Shown: positions 36,279 to 43,540 of the stretch, piece by piece
Layout of the letters: each line of letters begins with the position of its first letter
Position numbering within the stretch: the first letter of the stretch is position 1
Origin: an uncultured Verrucomicrobiota bacterium
GTDB lineage: Bacteria; Verrucomicrobiota; Verrucomicrobiia; Limisphaerales; CAYIIH01
Length of the DNA: 64,000 nt
Direction: 5' to 3'
Assembly: GCA_964363225.1 (NCBI GenBank)
Contig: CAYIIH010000002.1
Span: 28,880 to 92,879 of the forward strand
Translations under genes and position numbers: made by a program
The notes under the pieces: model-generated
The model's input: the letters and a program-made list of their open reading frames with translations, nothing else
What the model was told of the DNA's origin: nothing
Database searches by the model: none

Positions 36279-36492
36279 CCAATTCCTCGGGCGTGGGGTT
36301 TATTATGTGGGTTCCGTCGCCGCGGATGAGCGGGACTTGGATCCGTTGGCGGACACGCTTGGCTCCAGAAGTCTGGCCGGCCACCGGTTGCAGGATCGTC
36401 AGCAAGCCGCGGCCCGATTCCGGCATTTTGTCCGGCTCCTTCGGCACCACCTTGCCGTGGTCAATCTCCACTTCCAAAGTCAAATAGCTCAT
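36259..36492 (-). CDS. putative antitoxin (orphaned)
   Basis: 77-aa ORF ([34 protein letters not shown]...) immediately upstream of the VapC stub and overlapping it. Confidence 0.5.
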   Translation of the reverse strand: MSYLTLEVEIDHGKVVPKEPDKMPESGRGLLTILQPVAGQTSGAKRVRQRIQVPLIRGDGTHIINPTPEELDASLWD

Positions 36493-36621
36493 GGCGGAAG
36501 ATTAAATACTTTCGGTCGGCTCACAAGCTTTGCCTGGTTCCGTTGGCCGAGCGAGTTCAGCATTCATTCCCTGCCAGCAGAAACGAACTATGTTTCGGGC
36601 CATGAACATGGAAGAGTGTCC

Positions 36622-37335
36622 TCAAGCGGCTCTGGCCGGCTGCCGCGCTTGCAGCGCCGCCATCAGGCTTTCAAAGATGAGGCGCCCATCGTCCGAGCCT
36701 AACAGCGCTTCGCAGGCTCTTTCGGGGTGGGGCATGAGACCGGCCACGTTCCGGCGAGGGTTGCAGATGCCGGCGATGTTGAGCAGCGAACCGTTCGGAT
36801 TGGCCCGATCGCTCAGCTCCCCCTGGGCATTGACGTACTGCCAGAGGATTTGATCGTTGGTTTGCAGTTGCTGCAGCGTGGCTTCGTCGGCAAAGAAGCA
36901 TCCTTCTCCATGGGCGATCGGGATGCGCAGGAGTTTTCCTTCCGGAATGCGGCTGGTGAACGGGGAGTTGCGGCTGCGCGTCTTCAAATAAATGTGCTCG
37001 CAACGGAATTGCAGCGAGCGATTTCGAATGAGCGCTCCCGGCAGCAAACCGGCTTCGCACAGGATTTGGAAGCCGTTGCATATTCCCAGCACCAGACCAC
37101 CCTGAGCGGCAAACGATTGCACGGCCTGCATGATTGGGCTGAAGCGCGCGATGGCTCCCGTGCGCAGGTAATCGCCGTAGCTGAAGCCGCCGGGGACGAT
37201 CACGGCATCGGCTTGGCCCAGGGAAGTTTCCTTGTGCCAGAGCAACCGGGCGGAATGGCCGAGAACATGGCGCAGGGCGTGCATCGCGTCCTGATCGCAA
37301 TTTGAAGCCGGGAATTGGAGGACGGCAAAGTTCAT
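36622..37335 (-). CDS. purQ: phosphoribosylformylglycinamidine synthase glutaminase subunit PurQ
   Basis: [35 protein letters not shown] and PHPER motifs. Confidence 0.95.
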   Translation of the reverse strand: MNFAVLQFPASNCDQDAMHALRHVLGHSARLLWHKETSLGQADAVIVPGGFSYGDYLRTGAIARFSPIMQAVQSFAAQGGLVLGICNGFQILCEAGLLPGALIRNRSLQFRCEHIYLKTRSRNSPFTSRIPEGKLLRIPIAHGEGCFFADEATLQQLQTNDQILWQYVNAQGELSDRANPNGSLLNIAGICNPRRNVAGLMPHPERACEALLGSDDGRLIFESLMAALQARQPARAA

Positions 37336-37572
37336 TTATTCCAGCTCGAAATGGTACTCTTCAATCACAGGATTGCTGAGCAACCGGTGGCAGGCCTCGT
37401 CGATTTGTTGGCGGACGGTTTCTTTGTCGCCCGTGATTTCAATCTCCAGGTACTTGCCCATGCGCACGGCCTGAATGCCCGTGTAGCCCATGTGTTCGAG
37501 CGCGTTCCGGATGGTCTTGCCCTGCGGATCGAGCACGGCCTTTTTGGGTGTAACAATGATTTTTGCTTTCAT
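37336..37572 (-). CDS. purS: phosphoribosylformylglycinamidine synthase subunit PurS
   Basis: 78 aa (MKAKIIVTPKKAVLDPQGKTIRNALEHMGY). It abuts the purQ start. Confidence 0.9.
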   Translation of the reverse strand: MKAKIIVTPKKAVLDPQGKTIRNALEHMGYTGIQAVRMGKYLEIEITGDKETVRQQIDEACHRLLSNPVIEEYHFELE

Positions 37573-37738
37573 TTCGGCGCGAGATCATCCCGCGAGTCAT
37601 CGGCAGGATGTTGGGCGAATCAGTTTGCGGGCGCTAGTATTTTTTGACTGAAAAGGCGATCCGGCTCGTCTGCCCGCCACACGTTGAATAGTCGTCATTG
37701 CCCCTCACCAAGCCGAGCGTGGCCAGGCTGTTGCCAGT

Positions 37739-37951
37739 CTAGACGGCCCGTTTCGTGTCGAAATTGCTGCCCACGGTATCAAGCACCCAGGCGCCATCTG
37801 TCGGCGCAGTCCAATAATTCCACCCTGAGCATCCAGGGGAGTTCATGGCATGATTCTGTTCTCCCCACTCCCAAGTTGCATTCAGATTGCTGCCCGTGAC
37901 CCATGCGGCGATGCCGGTAATCTGCTGCGCGTTGCGGAAATCGTCGTTCGC
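37739..37951 (-). pseudogene. orphan fragment resembling the start of a pre-peptidase-C-terminal-like (NDxFxNA...GEPxH...FDT) domain
   Basis: The minus frame reads ANDDFRNAQQITGIAAWVTGSNLNATWEWGEQNHAMNSPGCSGWNYWTAPTDGAWVLDTVGSNFDTKRAV*. There is no start codon. It is in the same frame as the upstream TatD-like gene and separated from it only by TAG plus 4 codons. Confidence 0.35.
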
Positions 37952-37963
37952 AGGCGGGCTGGC

Positions 37964-38770
37964 CTACAAGGTGAGTTTAAACTTCGAACACTGGCTGAGA
38001 AACTTCAGCGGGTTCTGATAAATCAATTTGTCGATAGCCTCTGCGCTGTGACCGCGCCGGCGCATTTCCAGCGCAGTTTTGGGCACCGCCAGGGGGATGC
38101 TCACGCCCCAGTCGCAGGCACTGTTCATCCAAATCCGTTCGTTGCCATAAACCTCAACGATGTCGATGGCACGGGCTGGGGTGCACTTGGATTCGGGGTA
38201 AAGCGTCATCCCGGCCCAAAAGCCTGCATCCAGCACGAGTTGGACGGTGTGCTCTTCAACATGATCGATGATCACCCGCTCGGGCTGAATTCGCTGGTCG
38301 CTCTTGAGCGCGTCGAGGATGAGCCGCGTGCCTTTCAGCTTGTCTTCGAGATGCGGCGTATGCACCAAGATCATTTGATCGTGGCGGGCGGCCAGATCAA
38401 TGTGTTTCTCCAAAACCGTCATCTCATTCCGGCTGTTCTTGTTCAGGCCGATCTCGCCGATGCCCAGCACGGTCGGGCGATCCAGGAATTGGGGGATGAT
38501 GGCCAAGACTTCATCCGCCAGTTTGACGTCCTCCGATTCCTTGGGGTTAAGGCAGAGCCAGCAGAAATGGGCCAGGCCAAACTTGGCGGCGCGTTTCGGT
38601 TCGTGCTCGGTCAGTTGGCAAAAATAATCGTAAAAGCCGTGCACCGAGCTGCGGTCAAAGCCGGCCCAAAAGGCCGGTTCGCAAACGGCCTGGCAGCCCG
38701 CCGTCACCATCTCCACGTAATCGTCGGTGACGCGGCTGACCATGTGGGCGTGCGGTTCAATGTAGCGCAT
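37964..38770 (-). CDS. TatD/amidohydrolase-superfamily metal-dependent hydrolase
   Basis: 268 aa. N-terminal EPHAHM metal-ligand motif, TIM-barrel-like length, and LVHTPH, IDHV and NSACDWG motifs. Confidence 0.6.
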   Translation of the reverse strand: MRYIEPHAHMVSRVTDDYVEMVTAGCQAVCEPAFWAGFDRSSVHGFYDYFCQLTEHEPKRAAKFGLAHFCWLCLNPKESEDVKLADEVLAIIPQFLDRPTVLGIGEIGLNKNSRNEMTVLEKHIDLAARHDQMILVHTPHLEDKLKGTRLILDALKSDQRIQPERVIIDHVEEHTVQLVLDAGFWAGMTLYPESKCTPARAIDIVEVYGNERIWMNSACDWGVSIPLAVPKTALEMRRRGHSAEAIDKLIYQNPLKFLSQCSKFKLTL

Positions 38771-38792
38771 GGGGATTTTTGGATTTACGACT

Positions 38793-38820
38793 GGTGATTG
38801 GTGATTGGCGATTGGGGCCG
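38793..38820. repeat. heptanucleotide tandem repeat GGTGATT, intergenic
   Basis: ggtgatt ggtgatt ggcgatt ggggccg lies directly upstream of the TatD-like start. It is the same unit as in the purL insert. Confidence 0.85.
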
Positions 38821-38864
38821 GAATGACAGGTGTTGCTAAGGCGAAAGTTGGGCCGTCGGCGACT

Positions 38865-39197
38865 TTAGACAGGGGACTTTACGTTTTGCAGGCATCTTGG
38901 GAAACCTCCGGCTTTGCCGGAGTTCGCTGACTTTGTTCCCGGCCAGGCTCCGCAAGCCGCTTTGGTGGTCGCTTTGGCAATGGGTTTGATGGTCGGATCG
39001 CTGAAAGTAAGGAGCGCCTTTCTGGCTTTGCCCGGAGCTTTCTTGCTCAGTTCACCTAAGGCCTGGCGAAAAGCTTTCACGCGAAAATCCTCTTCGCCCT
39101 CGGCCCGTTCCACGCGGTCGAGGAAAGCGGCCAGGTCGATCAGCTTGCTCCGCGCCTCCATGAAATAAAGATCCGTTACTTGCTGGCGTGTCATCAT
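38865..39197 (-). CDS. hypothetical protein
   Basis: 110-aa ORF (MMTRQQVTDLYFMEARSKLIDLAAFLDRVERAEGEEDF...). No family recognised. Confidence 0.45.
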   Translation of the reverse strand: MMTRQQVTDLYFMEARSKLIDLAAFLDRVERAEGEEDFRVKAFRQALGELSKKAPGKARKALLTFSDPTIKPIAKATTKAACGAWPGTKSANSGKAGGFPRCLQNVKSPV

Positions 39198-39320
39198 AAT
39201 GCTCTTTCGACGTAACTATACGGGTTTCCTATTCGCAGACAACGGTTGATTCCAACCTTCAGATCTTCACCCAAGGGCATTGGCCAGAACAAGATTGGCG
39301 CTACGAGCCCTCCATCGCAG

Positions 39321-39342
39321 GGCCGGGCGAAGGCTTCAAACG
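39321..39342 (+). repeat. 22-bp direct repeat, copy 1
   Basis: ggccgggcgaaggcttcaaacg, identical to 39764-39785. Confidence 0.9.
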
Positions 39343-39465
39343 GCTTTGGCGGCCGTTCATGCGGATTGATGATTTAGTCCGAAAGAGAATGGACGCCTTA
39401 TTCGAAGTATCCGCCGATGATCGCGCAGTTGACTAACAGCCAAAAAGCATGAAAATCACGGCGTT

Positions 39466-39702
39466 ATGTCAACGTCAGCCTTCAACGAAATCGAAAGCCA
39501 GTTTGCGGGATTGTCGCCAGAAGCTCAATTGAACCTATTGGAACGTCTCGTGCATCACGTCCGCGTGGGCTTGACCGGCAGTCACGGCGTTTGGGAAGCC
39601 GACCTCTCTGCGATGGCCGCCGATCCGGAAATGCAAAGAGAACTCAGGCGCATCAACGCGGAGTTCAGCGCCGCTGAAGCCGACGGGCTGGGGAGAGACT
39701 GA
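39466..39702 (+). CDS. putative antitoxin of a MazEF-like pair
   Basis: 78-aa helical ORF. Its TGA shares a base with the ATG of the MazF stub (TGATG at 39700-39704). Confidence 0.5.
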   Translation: MSTSAFNEIESQFAGLSPEAQLNLLERLVHHVRVGLTGSHGVWEADLSAMAADPEMQRELRRINAEFSAAEADGLGRD

Positions 39703-39806
39703 TGGCTGTCCAGCGCGGCGACATTTACCTGGTCAAACTGAATCCGGTGAAAGGACGAGAGCAGGCCGGGCGAAGGCTTCAAACGCCCTTGACTTCCGCT
39801 CGTTAA
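39702..39806 (+). pseudogene. truncated MazF/PemK-family toxin stub (34 codons)
   Basis: MAVQRGDIYLVKLNPVKGREQAGRR matches the MazF N-terminus (GDIYxVxLxPxxGxEQxGxR). Homology stops exactly where direct-repeat copy 2 begins, and a stop follows at 39804-39806. Confidence 0.6.
39764..39785 (+). repeat. 22-bp direct repeat, copy 2 (at MazF truncation point)
   Basis: ggccgggcgaaggcttcaaacg, identical to 39321-39342. Confidence 0.9.
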
Positions 39807-40084
39807 GATAAACCCAGCGGTGAAGGCTAACGTGAAAGAATATTGGGAGGGCAAGGCTCCTGACGAGCCTTGATTCAAGCACGAATGAACGCCGATGATC
39901 ACGAATCCAGCCGTAGCAGTCGGCGTAAGAAGGCTCTGATTCAAAGGGCTAAAAGCCCGAAAAGCAACAGCCCAAAGCAAGCGAGGCGAAGCGAGCGCTG
40001 CCCGGAGCAAGCCATTCCGGGAATTTAAGTGGCCTCCCAGACGGTGAAATGTAGTGGTTGCAAAGTCTCGGCCAATCATTTGAA

Positions 40085-41410
40085 ATGTGGGTGATGCCAT
40101 TTGACGTCTCGGTAATCGACCAAATCGCTAACCTGTATCACGCTGATGACCGACCCTGGGTTGTAGGTTTTAGCGGCGGTAAAGATTCGACTGCACTGCT
40201 CCAGCTTGTATTCCACGCGTTGACCAAAATCCCGTCAGACGCGCGCAAAAAGCAGGTTCACGTTGTGAGCAACGACACGCTGGTTGAAATCCCACAGGTC
40301 GCTCAGATGGTGCTTGAGACTTTGGTGAAAATCGAAAAGGGGGCGAAGCGTCGAGGCTTGCCAATGGTCGTTGCTCAGACGAGACCGGAGCTGGAGGATT
40401 CGTTCTTCGTCAACATTATCGGGCGGGGATACCCATCGCCCACCAGCCGATTTCGCTGGTGCACTGAGCGCATGAAGATCGACTCGACGACGCGCTACAT
40501 CACCAAGTTGGTCGAGACGCGCGGCGAGGTCATCATTTTGCTCGGCGCGCGCAAAGCTGAGAGCAACACTCGCGCTCAAACCATGGAGAGCCATAAAATC
40601 GAAGGCTCGATCTTGCGGCGCCACTCGACACTTCCCCGCTCCTACGTGTACACCCCGATCGAGGATTGGACGACGCAAGAAGTTTGGGCCTATTTGATTG
40701 GCGTGCCCTCACCTTGGGGCGGAGACAATCGGGCTTTGTTCCACCTGTATAAACAAGCGGACGGTGGAGAGTGTCCGTTGGTCATCGACAAATCCACTCC
40801 GAGTTGCGGCAACTCCCGTTTCGGCTGTTGGACTTGCACGGTCATTGAGAATGACAAAGCGGTGGAGGGATTCATTGAATCAGGCGACGAACATCTCGAG
40901 CCGCTGCTTGAGTTCAGGAATTTTTTGAAGGAAGCACGTTCGCGGCGCGACTGGCGGGAGCGAGTCCGAAAAAATGGCCAGTTAAAGAATCAAGACGGCG
41001 AAGAAGTGTGGGGCCCGTTCACTCTCGAAGCACGGAAAGCAATTTTGCGGCGGCTGTTGGAGACGGAGAAGAAGGCCGGCTTTCAGCTAATCTCTATCGA
41101 TGAGCTTTTGCTGATTCAACGGTTTTGGAAAAAGGGTGGTCGTTCGCTCACAGGCCCGACCGCCGACATTGATTTCTCAGTGGCGAAAATCCTGAGAGAA
41201 ACACGAGGAGAGACAGCTATGAGTGGTTACCTTGATTTGCTGGAAGGCGGGGTTGACCCGCTGCTGAAGACAGTGTGTGAGCAATACGACTTGCCGCCTG
41301 AATTAATTGAACGGCTCAAAGCGGAAGAGGAGGCTGTTGCCCATTTGCAGCGCCGCGACGGAATCTTTCAGCGCATTGACGAGATACTGGATAGCGTACA
41401 GGCGAAGTAA
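40085..41410 (+). CDS. dndC: DndC-like PP-loop ATP pyrophosphatase / PAPS-reductase-fold protein (DNA phosphorothioation type)
   Basis: PWVVGFSGGKDST (SGGKDS at 40172-40189), RGYPSPTSRFRWCTERMKI, and the Cys cluster CPLVIDKSTPSCGNSRFGCWTC (40772-40837). The start is uncertain (TTG 40058, ATG 40085 or ATG 40094). Confidence 0.8.
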   Translation: MWVMPFDVSVIDQIANLYHADDRPWVVGFSGGKDSTALLQLVFHALTKIPSDARKKQVHVVSNDTLVEIPQVAQMVLETLVKIEKGAKRRGLPMVVAQTRPELEDSFFVNIIGRGYPSPTSRFRWCTERMKIDSTTRYITKLVETRGEVIILLGARKAESNTRAQTMESHKIEGSILRRHSTLPRSYVYTPIEDWTTQEVWAYLIGVPSPWGGDNRALFHLYKQADGGECPLVIDKSTPSCGNSRFGCWTCTVIENDKAVEGFIESGDEHLEPLLEFRNFLKEARSRRDWRERVRKNGQLKNQDGEEVWGPFTLEARKAILRRLLETEKKAGFQLISIDELLLIQRFWKKGGRSLTGPTADIDFSVAKILRETRGETAMSGYLDLLEGGVDPLLKTVCEQYDLPPELIERLKAEEEAVAHLQRRDGIFQRIDEILDSVQAK

Positions 41411-41441
41411 CCTCATCGGCCTAAAGGCGGGCCCCGGGGAC

Positions 41442-43532
41442 ATGCTGATTGACTACCTTTCAGTTGAAAATTTTGGTCCGTTCAGCGGGCCTCACCGCTT
41501 GAACCTCGCACCGTCGCCAGACGGCAAGAAGTCGGTCGTTTTGATTGGCGCTGATAACGGAGCAGGGAAAACGACACTTCTCAGCGCGTTGAAGCTGTGC
41601 CTTTACGGCAAGCGAGCGGCGGATTTGTGGGACGGTGGCCAACAGGGTTATCGGCAATTCATTAGCGAGAAGTTCAATAACCGCGCATTCGACTCCGGCG
41701 AACGCCAAATGATTTTGGAGATTAGCCTCCGCGTTTGGGAACACAAGATTGAGCACACCCTCACGGTCAGACGTTCATTCCAAATCACTGACAGTCGCCT
41801 GTTCTTGACGGACAATCAGGAAACCCTTGAGGTGCTGCGAGACGGTAAACTTTGGGAGCGGCCTTTCCCTGATCTCCCCGAAGAAGACGACGCGAACCAA
41901 TACGATGACCTGCTGCGGCTTTTAATCCCGCCCAATCTTGCGCAGTTTTACTTTTTTGACGGTGAGCGCGTGCGTGAATTGTTCAAAAAGGCGAGCGCGG
42001 AGAACATCTCACAAGCCATCCGGGACTTGCTCGGTCTCTCGTTGCTCGAGCGGCTGGTGGACGATTTACGAGATTATCGGCGGACCACAATCCCTCGCCT
42101 TTACGGAAAGCACCACGACAAACAAGCCGCTCTGCTTCAGGCCCAAGGAGAAAGAGAGCAGCTTCGTGGTGAGATTCAGAGGTTGGAAGCCGAGGCCCGA
42201 GAAATTGAGGAAGACCTCTCCGAACTGGGCGCCAAGATTACCGAAAAGGAGAACGAGTTCCGCCGTCTTGGCGGATTGCAGCAGGTAGAGGTTGACCAAA
42301 TCAAAGAACAAGAGCAGCAGTGCAAGCTGGAGCATGAGCGTTTGACCGCGGAGCTTAAAGCAGCACTTGGTGATCAAATCTCAGTTTCGTTTCTGCTGCC
42401 GCTCAAGGCGGCGTGGGAAAAACGAATTGAGAAGGAAGCAGAGCGCCGTCGCTGGTTGACGAGACGCGAGGCGATTGAACCGTACATCAAGCGGCTGATT
42501 GACCGACTTGTTGGTCCCAACGCGCCCCAACCCGAGCCACCGTTGACGCGGGGACAGACTGCCTTCTTTACGCAGCGAATCGAGGAAGAGGTGAAGGGGC
42601 TCTGGCAGCCGCCGCCTGCCGAAGCCAGCGAAGATTTCTGGTTTGATTTGCGACAGGAAGAAATTGACCAAATCCGCAAACTGTTCGAGGAAGCGTTGCG
42701 CTTTTCATTGGGCCGTGTGCAGGAGTTGGTGGAAGCCAAAGAACGCGTGAGCGCGCAGCGGCGTCGCCTGCTGGAAAAACTGCAAAGCTTGGGCGACACA
42801 GAGGCGACTCAAGCCATTGCGAAGGAAATTGCAGAACGTCATCAGAAGAAAGGCTCGCTGAACCAGAAGCGATCGGACTTGGAAACGGAGATTGCACACC
42901 GGAATGACAAGCTGACCGAAATCGAGCGGCAAATCACGAACCTCGAGCAGGAATGCGGGAAATCGGCGAAGGGGAAGACCAAGAGCGACCTTTCCAACCG
43001 CGTTGAGCAAACCATCAAGGATTACCTTGAGCAGGCCAAAGTCCGGAAATCTGATGAAATCGAGCGCCACTTGAATCAGCTTTTCCTGGCGATGGCGAAC
43101 TGCCGTGACGAGATTCGAGAATTGAAGTTGAACCGGCAGACGTACGAGATCGAGATCGTGGACAAGGAAGGCCGAAGGCGGCCGATTGAAAACGGGCTTT
43201 CGGCGGGTCAAGCCCAGGTTCTGGCGATGGCGTTTGTCGGCGCGCTAGCCAAGGCAAGTGGCAGAATCCTGCCTCGCATCGTGGACACGCCGCTCGGACG
43301 CCTCGACGTGAATCATCGCCGTGACGTGACGCGCCACTTCTTCATCGAAAACGCTTCGCCTCAAACGATCCTTTTGAGCACGCCCACGGAGATCAACAAC
43401 TGCGTTTACGACAACCAGCCGCTGCGGCTTCTTGACGACTTGCGCCCTCATACCGCACGAGTCGCAACGCTCGTGAAGAAGGGGCCGGGTCAGACGTTGA
43501 TTGAGTCGCATTACTTCGGGAACAAGCTGTAG
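41442..43532 (+). CDS. dndD: DndD-like SMC/ABC-type ATPase
   Basis: Start moved to ATG 41442 (MLIDYLSVENFGPFSG...). Walker A GADNGAGKTT lies at 41547-41576. A long coiled-coil centre is present. The C-terminal block is LSAGQAQVLAMAF...IVDTPLGRLDVNHRRDV...ILLSTPTEI (DTPLGRLD at 43284-43307). Confidence 0.8.
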   Translation: MLIDYLSVENFGPFSGPHRLNLAPSPDGKKSVVLIGADNGAGKTTLLSALKLCLYGKRAADLWDGGQQGYRQFISEKFNNRAFDSGERQMILEISLRVWEHKIEHTLTVRRSFQITDSRLFLTDNQETLEVLRDGKLWERPFPDLPEEDDANQYDDLLRLLIPPNLAQFYFFDGERVRELFKKASAENISQAIRDLLGLSLLERLVDDLRDYRRTTIPRLYGKHHDKQAALLQAQGEREQLRGEIQRLEAEAREIEEDLSELGAKITEKENEFRRLGGLQQVEVDQIKEQEQQCKLEHERLTAELKAALGDQISVSFLLPLKAAWEKRIEKEAERRRWLTRREAIEPYIKRLIDRLVGPNAPQPEPPLTRGQTAFFTQRIEEEVKGLWQPPPAEASEDFWFDLRQEEIDQIRKLFEEALRFSLGRVQELVEAKERVSAQRRRLLEKLQSLGDTEATQAIAKEIAERHQKKGSLNQKRSDLETEIAHRNDKLTEIERQITNLEQECGKSAKGKTKSDLSNRVEQTIKDYLEQAKVRKSDEIERHLNQLFLAMANCRDEIRELKLNRQTYEIEIVDKEGRRRPIENGLSAGQAQVLAMAFVGALAKASGRILPRIVDTPLGRLDVNHRRDVTRHFFIENASPQTILLSTPTEINNCVYDNQPLRLLDDLRPHTARVATLVKKGPGQTLIESHYFGNKL

Positions 43533-43540
43533 GAGGCGAG

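Noticed and set aside
39741-39785. The antisense reading of the MazF stub gives ARPALVLSP, which mimics the next conserved MazF block (RPALVLSP)
   Set aside because: It is on the wrong strand and is only 9 residues long. It was judged a coincidence of reverse-complement coding and not evidence for an inverted gene fragment.
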